From contig DATHSA010000033.1 in assembly GCA_035464675.1 (NCBI GenBank), positions 1,403 to 65,402 on the forward strand: a stretch of DNA of 64,000 nucleotides. Direction: 5' to 3'. Position numbers and translations under genes: made by a program. The notes beneath the pieces are model-generated. The model did not search any database and had not been told where the DNA came from. It saw only the letters and a list, made by a program, of their open reading frames with translations. Shown one piece after another: positions 36,800-46,355 of the stretch (its first letter is position 1; every line of letters starts with the position of its first letter). The stretch comes from Acidimicrobiia bacterium. Its GTDB lineage: Bacteria > Actinomycetota > Acidimicrobiia > Spongiisociales > UBA11373.

Positions 36800-37864
36800 C
36801 TACCCGCCGATCGCCTCCCGCAATCCCGCCTCGAAACGCGCCGCGGTCGCCTCCCATGTGTAGTGCCGTCCCACCCACTCGAGACCGGCGCGGCCCATCG
36901 CAGCTGCGAGGGTCGGTGCGCCCACCAGGCGTCGCATCGCATCGAGGAGCGTCCGGTCGGTGTCGACGACGAAGCCGGTCACCCCCGGGTCGACCGTCTC
37001 CGGGGCGCCACCGGAATCCCCGGCGACGACGGGGAGCCCGGTGGCCGCCGACTCGAGAAACACGACGCCGAGGCCCTCGACCTCCAGTCCGAACCACCGC
37101 GTGCGGCATGGCATCGCGAAGATCTTCATCTCGCGGTACAGGCCGGGAAGGCGGTCGTAGGCGACATCGACCTCGAACCGCGTGGGTACTCCCAGCCGCT
37201 CAGCGAGTCGCCGGAGCGCCCCCTCGTCCCGCCCCTTCCCCACCAGCAGCACCTCCACGTCGTGCCCCTCCCCGCGGAGGGCATGCACCGCCCGAAGCAC
37301 CCTGCGCTGGCCCTTGCGGGGGACGAACCGGCTCACGCAGCCGACGACCACGCCGTCGGGCCCGGGACCGGGGGCGAACCCGGGGTCGACCCCGACCCCG
37401 ACGACGCGGACGGGGCGCCCTGTCAGGCGTTCGACGCGGCCTGCGGTGAATCTCGAGTTGGCCAGGACGGCATCGGCCCGCTTCAGGGGATGGCGCACCA
37501 ACTGCCGGGCGATGGGGATGGCGGCGGGAACGGTTATCTCGGCGCCATGGCACAGGACGGCGTACGGCACCCCGGTCTCATCCCGCAGCCGGGGCCCCAT
37601 GTGAGCCAGGGGGTGGGGGGCGCCGAACAGGACCACATCGGGCTGGAACTCCTCGACCTGCCGCGCGACCCAGCGACGGGTGCGACGCGTCGGCCACATG
37701 AATCGACGGCTGCCCCGAACCACCCGGTCGTCGGGGGGGGCGCCGTCGTGGCGGGGGGCGAGCACCCGCACCTTCCCCGGGAAGGCCGCGACGAGCCCCT
37801 TGAGGTACTGCTGGATCCCCCCCGCCCGGGGAGGGAAGTCGTTGGTGACGAGAAGAACGCGCAC
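36800..37864 (-). CDS. Glycosyltransferase family 4 (PimB-like fold), 354 aa
   Basis: Start GTG 37864 (RVLLVTNDFPPRAGGIQQY). C-terminal EX7E region (GLGVVFLESAATGLPVVA). Confidence 0.85.
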   Translation of the reverse strand: MRVLLVTNDFPPRAGGIQQYLKGLVAAFPGKVRVLAPRHDGAPPDDRVVRGSRRFMWPTRRTRRWVARQVEEFQPDVVLFGAPHPLAHMGPRLRDETGVPYAVLCHGAEITVPAAIPIARQLVRHPLKRADAVLANSRFTAGRVERLTGRPVRVVGVGVDPGFAPGPGPDGVVVGCVSRFVPRKGQRRVLRAVHALRGEGHDVEVLLVGKGRDEGALRRLAERLGVPTRFEVDVAYDRLPGLYREMKIFAMPCRTRWFGLEVEGLGVVFLESAATGLPVVAGDSGGAPETVDPGVTGFVVDTDRTLLDAMRRLVGAPTLAAAMGRAGLEWVGRHYTWEATAARFEAGLREAIGG

Positions 37865-37992
37865 CCGCTCAGTCTCGCGCAACACGTCGGAGGGCCGACA
37901 ACAGGCGGCTCCGAGCTGCCGACTCTCTGCCGTCTTCTGCAGATGTCGGCTCAGCCCGCAACGGCAGACATCCGACCCTGGCGGCGCAGGGC

Positions 37993-39192
37993 TCAGATGT
38001 TGTAGTCCACCAGCATTTGACGGCCCGACTCCATGCGGACGTGGCTGACGCTGGTGTTCCCCGGCATGGCGAGGTTGCGCCATTCCGACCAGGTGAGCCC
38101 GAGCACCCGGGCGGTCAGGGACCAGATCGCACCGCCATGGCTGAACAGGGCAACGCGCTCGCCGGGATGGTGGGCGTTCATCCGTTCGATGACCGCGGCC
38201 ATCCGCTGCCCGACGGCCTCGAAGGTGTCACCTGTGCCTCCCCGGGGGATGTCCTCGCCGGATTCGAACACCCTTGCCCAGTCCTCGGGGTGCTGCTCGG
38301 CGATCTCGTGCGGCGTCAGGCCCTCCCAGGCCCCGAAGTCCACCTCGATGAGATCGCCCAGAAGGCCGACTGAAAGGCCGTGTACACCGGCGAAGGCCTC
38401 CGCGGTGGCGCGGGCTCGCTCGAGGGGTGACGAATAGACCCTGGTCACCCCGGCGTACCGCCGCCCCAGATTTTCGGCCTGGCGCCTGCCCTGCGTCGTG
38501 AGCGGCCCGTCGGTCACGCCGTGCCACCGGCCGGCGGCGTTGGCCTCCGACTCGGCATGTCGGATGAGCGCGATCCCATTGGTGTCGTCGTCGACGAAAT
38601 GGGTCTGGTCGTTGAACGACCCGAGCCGGAAGGCGCCGTCCTCGACGGAGACCTCGGTGATCCCAGTGTTGCGCACCCGGTCGATCGGCCAAGGAGCGCT
38701 GCGATCGCGGAACCGCATCTGCCCCGCAATGACAGCGTGTACCACCCCTCCATGGGTCATCACCAATATCCGGGAGTCGGCGGGGGCTTCGTCGACCAGG
38801 ACTTCAAAGGAGTCGTTGACCCGCCGGCCGAGGTCGTGCCACGACTCGCCGCCGCCCATCTTCACCGGCTCGCCGGCGCGGACGGCGGTGATCTCGTCGG
38901 GGAACCGGGCGTGCACCTCGTCGCGGGTCAGCCCTTCCCAGACGCCTATGTCGATCTCCCGCCAGGCCGGGTCGGGCTTGGGGTCGAGCCCGGCTGCCTC
39001 CGCCGTGTCGATGGCGCGGGGGAGGTCGGAGGACACGACGAAGTCGAACTCCTGCCCGGCTAGCCGCCGACCCAGCGCCTCGGCCTGCAGGCGTCCGCGA
39101 GCGCTGAGGCCGTGGCCCCCGTGCCCCTGCCAGATCCCCGACGCGTTGGCGTCGGTCTCGGCATGGCGGACGAAGGTGATGTGGACGGGCAT
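37993..39192 (-). CDS. Tandem (duplicated) histidine phosphatase / PGAM-superfamily protein, 399 aa
   Basis: Two complete domains, each with the RHG-type motif (FVRHAETDAN... and LIRHAESEAN...) and a downstream catalytic His region. Confidence 0.85.
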   Translation of the reverse strand: MPVHITFVRHAETDANASGIWQGHGGHGLSARGRLQAEALGRRLAGQEFDFVVSSDLPRAIDTAEAAGLDPKPDPAWREIDIGVWEGLTRDEVHARFPDEITAVRAGEPVKMGGGESWHDLGRRVNDSFEVLVDEAPADSRILVMTHGGVVHAVIAGQMRFRDRSAPWPIDRVRNTGITEVSVEDGAFRLGSFNDQTHFVDDDTNGIALIRHAESEANAAGRWHGVTDGPLTTQGRRQAENLGRRYAGVTRVYSSPLERARATAEAFAGVHGLSVGLLGDLIEVDFGAWEGLTPHEIAEQHPEDWARVFESGEDIPRGGTGDTFEAVGQRMAAVIERMNAHHPGERVALFSHGGAIWSLTARVLGLTWSEWRNLAMPGNTSVSHVRMESGRQMLVDYNI

Positions 39193-39353
39193 CGCTGGGC
39201 GCACAGGCTAGGGCGTGTCGGGTCGACGGCAGACCGCGTCCGAGCGGCGCAGCCGACCCGAGACCGGTCAAGAGGAGGAACCGAGAATCCACTTACAGAG
39301 CGGCACCCCCGCAAGTAGATTGAATCGTGACTCTCGACACGACTGGAGGAGTC

Positions 39354-39437
39354 ATGAGCACAACGGCATGGGTGATCTTGATCGTCGTCCTGCTGCTCGT
39401 CTTCGGCGGGTTCGGCTTCAGCAGGCGACGCCGCTAG
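39354..39437 (+). CDS. Small hydrophobic peptide, 27 aa (MSTTAWVILIVVLLLVFGGFGFSRRRR)
   Basis: Too short for the ORF track. Found by hand. GGAGGAG SD 2 nt from the ATG. 24/27 GC at third codon positions. One TM followed by an Arg tail. Confidence 0.5.
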   Translation: MSTTAWVILIVVLLLVFGGFGFSRRRR

Positions 39438-39459
39438 GACCCCGCCAGGACCCATCGAC

Positions 39460-39489
39460 AGACCGCCGTCGACCACGTAGCGGCGGTCT
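39460..39489 (+). terminator. 9-bp stem / 12-nt loop hairpin downstream of the 27-aa ORF
   Basis: AGACCGCCG-tcgaccacgtag-CGGCGGTCT followed by TT. Confidence 0.35.
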
Positions 39490-39572
39490 TGCCGGGCCTG
39501 GGAGCGACAACGAGGCGAACGGACGCCTCGATCCTCCGATGCCCGCTGAGGTGCCGCGACCCGGCGCTCCCT

Positions 39573-39578
39573 TACAAT
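39573..39578 (+). promoter_or_regulatory. Putative -10 box TACAAT, 6 nt upstream of ATG 39585 (leaderless layout)
   Basis: TACAAT-ccccag-ATG read directly. Confidence 0.45.
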
Positions 39579-39584
39579 CCCCAG

Positions 39585-39722
39585 ATGACCATCGTCTGGG
39601 GAGTCCTTGGAGCCGTGTTCGTGGCGATCTACATCCTCGTCCACCGCGCCAGGGTCAGGACGATGCGCCGTTTCATCGAGCGTGGCGGGCTCGACGGCGC
39701 CAACCGCGACGACGCCAGGTAG
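39585..39722 (+). CDS. Small membrane protein, 45 aa (MTIVWGVLGAVFVAIYILVHRARVRTMRRFIERGGLDGANRDDAR)
   Basis: Internal ATG of ORF 39489..39722. One TM plus a basic tail. High GC3. Leaderless-type promoter. Confidence 0.5.
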   Translation: MTIVWGVLGAVFVAIYILVHRARVRTMRRFIERGGLDGANRDDAR

Positions 39723-39770
39723 CCACGTCTCTGTCTGGCCAATCGCCAACAGCCAATCGACACTCGGCGC

Positions 39771-41825
39771 TCAAATGAAGGCAGACGCGAAGATCAGCGA
39801 CACGATCGTCATCACCTTGATCACGATGTTCATCGCCGGCCCGGCGGTGTCCTTGAAGGGGTCACCGATGGTGTCGCCCACGACGGCGGCCTTGTGGGCG
39901 TCAGAGCCCTTCCCTCCGTAGGCACCGGCCTCGATGAACTTCTTGGCGTTGTCCCAGGCACCGCCGGCGTTCGCCATGAAGATGGCGAGCAGGAAGCCCG
40001 TGATCAGCGCCCCGGCGAGGAATCCTCCCAGGGCCTGGACATCTATGAACCCGATGACGAGCGGAAGCGCAACCGCGAGGGCGCCCGGGATCACCATCTC
40101 TCGAAGCGCCGACGCCGTCGAGATGTCGACGCAGCGGGCGTATTCGGGACGGGCGTCCTCACGACCCTCACGCAGCCCGGGGATCTCGCGGAATTGCCGC
40201 CGCACCTCTTCGATCATCTGGTTGGCAGCTCTGCCCACCGCCTTGATCGTCAGCGCGGCGAACAGGAAGGGGAACATCGCACCGAGGAAGAGCCCGATCG
40301 TGGTCTCGACCTGGATGATGTCGATGACCTCCAGCTGGACCGCCTCTCGGAACGCGAAGAAGAGGGCCAGGGCGGTGACGGCGGCCGACCCGATGGCGAA
40401 GCCCTTGGCCACCGCGGCGGTGGTGTTGCCCAGGGAGTCCAGGGCATCGGTGGCCTGCCGGACCTCCTTGGGGAGATGCGCCATCTCGGCGATGCCGCCG
40501 GCGTTGTCGGCGATCGGGCCGTAGGCGTCGACCGAGACGGTGATGCCCAGAGTGGACAGCACGCCGATGGCGGCGATGGCGATGCCATAGATGCCACCCT
40601 GATCGAACGCCAGATCCCCGGCCCAGTAGGCGCCTCCGATTCCCGCTGCTACCACGATCACGGAGAAGGCGGCCGAGCGCATGCCGTCGGCGATGCCGGC
40701 CAGCACCACGGTTGCCGGCCCCGTCTCCGCCTGCCTGGCGATCTCCTTCACCGGCCGCCAGTGGTCCGAGGTGAACATCTCAGAGAGCTGCCCGATGGCC
40801 AGACCGACCGCGAGGCCGACTACGACGGCGAGGAACAGGCCGATCGGGTTGTCGACGCCTTCGAGGTCGCCGAACAGCCCGTACACCAGGCCGAGCGTGC
40901 CGAGCACGGTGAGGATCGCTGCCGCGTAGGTGCCGCGATGCAGGGCGGCGGCGAGGTTGGTGCCCGTGGGGCGGACCAGGAAGGAGCCGAGGATGGAGGC
41001 TCCCATGCCGACCGCGGCCACGGCGAGCGGGAAGACCAGAGCCTGCGGTAGGAACGGCTGCCCGGCGAAGACGAAGGCGGCGAAGGCGATCGGGGCGACG
41101 AGCGACCCGACGTACGACTCGAACAGGTCGGCACCCATCCCGGCGACGTCGCCGACGTTGTCGCCCACGTTGTCGGCGATCACGGCCGGATTGCGCGGGT
41201 CGTCCTCGGGGATCCCCGCCTCGACCTTGCCCACCAGGTCGGCGCCGACATCGGCCGCCTTGGTGTAGATGCCGCCGCCCACCCTGGCGAACAGCGCGAT
41301 CGAAGACCCCCCCAGACCGACCGCGGTGAGCACCTGGTACGGATCGTCCACCTCGAGCCAGCGGACGAAGACGAGGAAGGCGAGCCCCAGCCCGGCGAGG
41401 CCGAGCCCGGCGACGCTGAAGCCCATGACCGCACCGCCGCGGAAAGCCAATGGAAGCGCCTCGCGCACGCCGCCCCTCCGGGCCGCCTCGGCGGTACGGG
41501 AATTCGCGGCGGTGGCGATCCGCATTCCGATGAAGCCGGCGAAGGCCGAGAGGAGCGCCCCGAACACGTAGGCGAGGGCCCCCCAGGGCCGGCCGTAGTC
41601 GAGGAGGGCGAAGATCAGGCCCGCCATGAGCACGACGAAGACCGCCACCCAGGTGTACTCACGGCGGAGGAACGCCATTGCACCTTCACGGATGGCCGCC
41701 GAGATCTCCCTCATCCGGTCGTTTCCGGCGGGTGCGGCTAGCACCTGACGGGAGAACAGAACGGCCAGCAGCAGGCCCGCTGCGCCTGCGCCGACGGCGA
41801 TGTACAACCAGACGTCCGGATCCAC
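39771..41825 (-). CDS. hppA: Membrane-bound ion-translocating pyrophosphatase, 684 aa
   Basis: GDNVGDVAGMGADLFESY and other H+-PPase signatures. GAGGAG SD, GTG start. Confidence 0.95.
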   Translation of the reverse strand: MDPDVWLYIAVGAGAAGLLLAVLFSRQVLAAPAGNDRMREISAAIREGAMAFLRREYTWVAVFVVLMAGLIFALLDYGRPWGALAYVFGALLSAFAGFIGMRIATAANSRTAEAARRGGVREALPLAFRGGAVMGFSVAGLGLAGLGLAFLVFVRWLEVDDPYQVLTAVGLGGSSIALFARVGGGIYTKAADVGADLVGKVEAGIPEDDPRNPAVIADNVGDNVGDVAGMGADLFESYVGSLVAPIAFAAFVFAGQPFLPQALVFPLAVAAVGMGASILGSFLVRPTGTNLAAALHRGTYAAAILTVLGTLGLVYGLFGDLEGVDNPIGLFLAVVVGLAVGLAIGQLSEMFTSDHWRPVKEIARQAETGPATVVLAGIADGMRSAAFSVIVVAAGIGGAYWAGDLAFDQGGIYGIAIAAIGVLSTLGITVSVDAYGPIADNAGGIAEMAHLPKEVRQATDALDSLGNTTAAVAKGFAIGSAAVTALALFFAFREAVQLEVIDIIQVETTIGLFLGAMFPFLFAALTIKAVGRAANQMIEEVRRQFREIPGLREGREDARPEYARCVDISTASALREMVIPGALAVALPLVIGFIDVQALGGFLAGALITGFLLAIFMANAGGAWDNAKKFIEAGAYGGKGSDAHKAAVVGDTIGDPFKDTAGPAMNIVIKVMTIVSLIFASAFI

Positions 41826-41924
41826 GGGATCTCCTCGGTGACGATGAACCGGCGCAAGGTTAGGCGGGTGGCAGACCGCCCTGGCCGTGAGTCATCCGTT
41901 CTCGCCCTGTCGGCGAATCGCGCT

Positions 41925-43379
41925 TCAGCGCCGCCACAGCTCTCTTGTGAACAGGAGGATGACCGGGAAGATCTCCAGCCTCCCGACGATCATCAGGAAA
42001 CTCAGCAGCCACTTGCCCGCGGCCGGCACTACGAAGTAGTTGGCCGCCGGACCCACTTCCGAGAGACCCGGGCCTATGTTGCCGAGCGCGGATGCCACCG
42101 CGGAGACCGACGTCGGCAGGTCGAAACCCGCACCCGCGACGGACTCGATGGTGGCAAACGCGAACGTGCCTGTCATGAACAGGAACATGTAGAGCAGGAA
42201 GAACGACTGCACGCTCTCCGCCACCTCGTCGGGGACCGGCTGATCGCCCAACTTGGTCACGAACAGCCCCCGGGGATGGATCAGCCTCCTGAGGTCCGCC
42301 TGGGAGCCCTCGTAAAGAACGCCCAACCGGTAGATCTTCACGGATCCGCCCGTAGAGCCTGCCATCCCGCCCACGAACATGAGGCCGACGACGAGCACCT
42401 GCAGGGCGCTCGCCCACTGGCCGAAGTCGGCCGTCGCGTAACCCGTCGTGGTCACGAGAGAAACGGCAGTGAAGAGGCCGTCGCGAACCGTGTCCGCGAT
42501 CTCCGTTCCCCACGTCCCTATCACGACGAACACCGACGCCGCGGCAAGGATCATCGCGTAGAGCCGGAACTCTGGATGCCGCAAATACGCGATTGGGTCA
42601 CGGTCGCGAATAGCTCGATAGTGCAGGGCGAACGACGCCCCCGCGATCACCATGAACACGATCACGACCCACTGCGCATAGGCGTTGAACGCGTCGAGCG
42701 AGGCCGCCCTGGTACCGAACCCGCCGGTCGACATCGTGGTGAAGGAGTGGGTGATCGCGTCGAACAGGGACATGTCGCTGAACGCGAGGAGAGCCGCCTC
42801 GAGAGCCGTGAATGCCACGTAGACGAACCAGAGGCGCTTGGCCGTCTCCCGGAACCGGGGTGTGAGCCGATCGGGATGCGGGCCGGGCGATTCGGCTCTC
42901 GCCAGCTGGACGCCCCCGGTGCCGAGGAGCGGGAGGATCGCGATCGAGAGAATGATGATCCCCATCCCTCCCATCCATTGCGTGAGCGCTCGCCACCAAA
43001 GGATCGAAAATGGCAGGGTCGCCGGGTCCGGCACCACCGAGGCCCCGGTTGTGGTCAGACCGGACGCCGACTCGAAGAAGGCATTCGTCAGACCATTCAT
43101 GGTCCCAGTGATCAAATAGGGAAGGGTCGCCGCGAACGTCATGGCGAACCAGGAGAGCCCGACGGCTGCAAAGCCTTCTCCCGTAGTCAGGACGCCGTTC
43201 GTCGCGAATACGCGACGACCGACATCGCCGACCACGATGACGATCGCTGCGGCGACCGAAATCTCAGCGGCCTCCGCCCATTCGCTGTAGATGACCGCAA
43301 CCGCGGCTGCGGAGATCATTGCGGCACCAGTGGCCTCGACCACCGAGAACACGATGTGGGCGAGCCTTCGGAGGGACAC
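41925..43379 (-). CDS. trkH: TrkH-family potassium uptake protein, 484 aa
   Basis: Multi-TM with TrkH-type selectivity-filter-like repeats (TTTGAS, MSTGGFG, VTTTGYA, GSTGGS). 3 nt downstream of trkA. Confidence 0.9.
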   Translation of the reverse strand: MSLRRLAHIVFSVVEATGAAMISAAAVAVIYSEWAEAAEISVAAAIVIVVGDVGRRVFATNGVLTTGEGFAAVGLSWFAMTFAATLPYLITGTMNGLTNAFFESASGLTTTGASVVPDPATLPFSILWWRALTQWMGGMGIIILSIAILPLLGTGGVQLARAESPGPHPDRLTPRFRETAKRLWFVYVAFTALEAALLAFSDMSLFDAITHSFTTMSTGGFGTRAASLDAFNAYAQWVVIVFMVIAGASFALHYRAIRDRDPIAYLRHPEFRLYAMILAAASVFVVIGTWGTEIADTVRDGLFTAVSLVTTTGYATADFGQWASALQVLVVGLMFVGGMAGSTGGSVKIYRLGVLYEGSQADLRRLIHPRGLFVTKLGDQPVPDEVAESVQSFFLLYMFLFMTGTFAFATIESVAGAGFDLPTSVSAVASALGNIGPGLSEVGPAANYFVVPAAGKWLLSFLMIVGRLEIFPVILLFTRELWRR

Positions 43380-43382
43380 GGC

Positions 43383-44711
43383 TCAACCGAACAGACGCTC
43401 GACCGCCCCGATCGCCGCGGGCAGTGCGATGGCTATCAGGCGGTCTCCGCTCTCGATCACGGTCGTTCCGTGAGGAATGAACGCTTCCTTCCCCCGCACG
43501 ATCCCGCCGACGATCGCCGATTTGGGAAGCCCTATCTCTGTGAGGGACTTGCCGATCGATTCACTTCCTTCGGGTACCTGAAGCTCTATCGCCTCGGCGT
43601 CTGTGTCCTCGAAAGTCGCCACAGAGTGGATGGTTCCACGACGAACGAGACGGAGGATCTCGTTGGCAGCGGCGAGTCTCGTGGACACGCCTGCGTCCAG
43701 GCCGTGTCCGGCGAGCAGGGCCACGTACTCGATCCTCGAGAACCGGGCGACTGCAGTGGGGATGCCCAGAGCCTTGCCCACCAGACAGCCGAGGATATTC
43801 ACCTCGTCCCAGCCCGAGAGCCCCAGGACGACATCAGCCTTCTCCACACCCTCCGTCTGCAACACCTTCGGGTCGGTGGGATCTCCCTGCACGACGACGA
43901 GGCGGTCGTACTTCGCCGCGAGGTCGAGCGCGCGGCTGGCCTCCGAATCCACCAACACCGTGTGGATTCCACTTCTTACGAACAGCTCTGCCGTCATGAG
44001 CGCCAGCCGGGTTGCTCCGAGAATGAACACCTTTCGGGCGGGGTGCTCTTCGACACCCATCAGTTTGAGTGCCTCGTTCGCCGACTTCCCACTCGAGACG
44101 ACGAGTACGTGGTCCCCGGCAGCGACGCTCGAGTCCCCCCGGCCAATGATTGTCTCTCCCTCGCGGACCAAGGCGGCCACTATCCAATCCCAACCCGTGA
44201 CCCTGCGCCGGAGTTCCGCCAGCGTGATCCCATCGAGTGGTGCACCCGGTTGAACGCGTCCTCCGAAGAGACTGATCTGTCCCCCGGCGAACTCCACGAC
44301 CTCCGAGACTCCTCCCCGACGAACCAGAAGGAGCAGCTCCCGCGTCAGGGCCTCGACCGGATCGATGACGACGTCGACGCCGTGCAAGTCGAGGTCTTCT
44401 CTCAGGGTTGGGTCCTGCACCCGCGCCACACGTCGGGGGACCCCCAGACGTGCTGCCGCTTGACAGGCCAGGATGTTGACTGCGTCAGAGGATGTCACCG
44501 CGATCAGAAGAGCAGCGTCCTCCACACCAGCGGCCTCCAAGGCGTGCACACTCGCGCCGTTCTCGTTGATCACCAGGCAGTCGACCGAGTTCTGCAGCTC
44601 CTCCGCCTGGGCGGGATCGGACTCGATGACTACAACATCCTGCCCTTCGAAGGCGAGACGCTCGGCCAGGTGTGAACCGACCGCTCCGGCTCCGACGATC
44701 ACGATGCGCAT
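43383..44711 (-). CDS. trkA: Trk system NAD-binding component TrkA (two RCK modules), 442 aa
   Basis: MRIVIVGAGAVGSHLA and a second Rossmann motif KVFILGATRLAL. Confidence 0.9.
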   Translation of the reverse strand: MRIVIVGAGAVGSHLAERLAFEGQDVVVIESDPAQAEELQNSVDCLVINENGASVHALEAAGVEDAALLIAVTSSDAVNILACQAAARLGVPRRVARVQDPTLREDLDLHGVDVVIDPVEALTRELLLLVRRGGVSEVVEFAGGQISLFGGRVQPGAPLDGITLAELRRRVTGWDWIVAALVREGETIIGRGDSSVAAGDHVLVVSSGKSANEALKLMGVEEHPARKVFILGATRLALMTAELFVRSGIHTVLVDSEASRALDLAAKYDRLVVVQGDPTDPKVLQTEGVEKADVVLGLSGWDEVNILGCLVGKALGIPTAVARFSRIEYVALLAGHGLDAGVSTRLAAANEILRLVRRGTIHSVATFEDTDAEAIELQVPEGSESIGKSLTEIGLPKSAIVGGIVRGKEAFIPHGTTVIESGDRLIAIALPAAIGAVERLFG

Positions 44712-44720
44712 GGGAGGAGA

Positions 44721-44750
44721 CGTTACCCGTTACCGGTCGCCCGTCACCCG
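44721..44750. repeat. Heptamer array CGTTACC CGTTACC GGTCGCC CGTCACC CG, 9 nt upstream of the trkA ATG
   Basis: Read directly. CCC arm of the trkA/nhaA divergent-region element. Confidence 0.85.
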
Positions 44751-44870
44751 AGCGTCGTCGGGTCTTCTGCCCACGAGTTGCCCGATCGTCGAGAGCCTCC
44801 CAAGGCCCCCGGCGAGACTCCTTGCCTCCGTCCCGGCATGACGGCGGCGGCCGGGTCGTTCACCGGACAG

Positions 44871-44951
44871 CAGGGGTGACGGGAGACGGGAAACGATTCG
44901 ACTCCCGAGCCAACCGGAACCCCTCGAGAGACCGTTACCCTGCGGGGTCCC
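44871..44951 (+). repeat. GGG arm (CAGGGGTGACGGGAGACGGGAAACG) plus a conserved ~75-nt module upstream of nhaA, including the -10-like TACCCT at 44936-44941
   Basis: Shares GACGGGAGACGGG, ACGATTCG, CCGA.CCAAC and GACC(C)GTT(T)ACC blocks, in the same order, with 50268-50341. Confidence 0.7.
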
Positions 44952-46355
44952 GTGGCCAAAGTCCCGCCGCCTGCCGCCGAGCACATCACCTGGCTCGAGT
45001 CGGAGCGAACCGTGCCCAGACGGTTCATCCGACCGCTCCTGCGATTCACCTACATCGAGTCGGCGGGAGGCGGCGTCCTCTTGCTGGCCGCGGTGGCCGC
45101 CCTCATCTGGGCCAACTCACCGGTGAGCGACTCCTACGAGTCGTTCTGGGCCACGCAATTCGAGCTGACCATCGGACCGCTCCACCTGGTGGAGAACCTG
45201 AGACACGTCGTGAACGACGGCCTCATGACGATCTTCTTCTTCGTCGTCGGCCTCGAGATCAAGCGCGAGCTCGTCAACGGGGATCTCCGCAACCCGAAGG
45301 CCGCCGCGCTCCCCGTCGTCGCCGCCCTCGGGGGGATGATCCTCCCCGCCGTCATCTATGTGGTGATCGCCGGGGGCACGGAGGGGGCCTTCCACGGCTG
45401 GGGGATCCCGATGGCGACCGACATCGCCTTCGCGGTCGGTGTGGTCGCCCTCCTCGGCAGCCGCGTCCCGGTCGGTGGAAAGCTGTTCCTGCTCGCCCTG
45501 GCGATAGTCGACGACATCGGCGCAATCTCCGTCATCGCGATCTTCTACACCGAGGATCTCGCCCTGGGTTACCTGCTGGCGACCCTCGGAATGCTCGCCG
45601 CGATGTGGGCGGCACAGCGTGTCCGGATCCGTTCCCTCGCCTTCTACGTCCCCATGGGATTTCTGGCGTGGTTCTTCCTCTTCGAGAGCGGGGTCCATGC
45701 CACCCTCGCCGGTGTAGCAATCGGGCTCCTCACCCCTGCTCGGTCGATGTACTCGGACCGTGAGTACCACGACCGCACGGTTCGGATCCTCGAGCGCTAC
45801 GACTTCGACGTGGAGGCACCGCGGGGGGAGGAGAGGATCGATTTCGACGCACTCGAGGTGTCAGACGTCGCAAGGGAGTCGGTGGCTCCCCTCTATAGGA
45901 TCGAGAACAAGCTCCACCCCTGGTCGTCGTTCCTCGTGGTGCCGATCTTCGCCCTCGCCAACGCCGGTGTGAGCTTCGCCGGCGTCGACCTCCTGGAGGC
46001 GGCGACCCATCCGGTCGCCCTCGGCGTCTCGATGGGCCTGCTCGTGGGCAAGACCGTCGGCATCGGCCTGTTCGCATGGCTGGCGGTCCGCCTCCGCCTC
46101 GGTGTGCTGCCCCGGAACATCACGTGGCGCCACATCATCGGCCTCGCCGCGGTGGCAGGGATCGGCTTCACCGTGTCCCTCTTCGTCTCGGACCTCGCCT
46201 TCCGCGCCAGCGATCTCGAAGACCTCTCCAAGACCGGCATCTTCATAGGATCGGCCCTGGCGGGGATCCTCGGGTACCTCATCCTCCGACCACGGGCGCC
46301 TCGAGACGCCGCCGTCCCCCAATCCCCGGAGGCCGGTAACGTCGCCGCTCGATGA
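44952..46355 (+). CDS. nhaA: Na+/H+ antiporter NhaA, 467 aa
   Basis: NhaA signature FFFVVGLEIKRELVNGDL and the WGIPMATDIAFAVG region. GTG start. Confidence 0.92.
   Translation: MAKVPPPAAEHITWLESERTVPRRFIRPLLRFTYIESAGGGVLLLAAVAALIWANSPVSDSYESFWATQFELTIGPLHLVENLRHVVNDGLMTIFFFVVGLEIKRELVNGDLRNPKAAALPVVAALGGMILPAVIYVVIAGGTEGAFHGWGIPMATDIAFAVGVVALLGSRVPVGGKLFLLALAIVDDIGAISVIAIFYTEDLALGYLLATLGMLAAMWAAQRVRIRSLAFYVPMGFLAWFFLFESGVHATLAGVAIGLLTPARSMYSDREYHDRTVRILERYDFDVEAPRGEERIDFDALEVSDVARESVAPLYRIENKLHPWSSFLVVPIFALANAGVSFAGVDLLEAATHPVALGVSMGLLVGKTVGIGLFAWLAVRLRLGVLPRNITWRHIIGLAAVAGIGFTVSLFVSDLAFRASDLEDLSKTGIFIGSALAGILGYLILRPRAPRDAAVPQSPEAGNVAAR

Noticed and set aside
34956-36863. 635-aa plus-strand ORF antisense to topA
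   Set aside because: Same reasoning. TopA on the minus strand is unambiguous, and the antisense translation has no motifs.
41838-44675. 945-aa plus-strand ORF spanning trkH and trkA antisense
   Set aside because: Opposite strand of two well-supported genes. Composition is dominated by R, G, D, E, H and P. It crosses the trkH/trkA gene boundary, which a real gene would not mirror.
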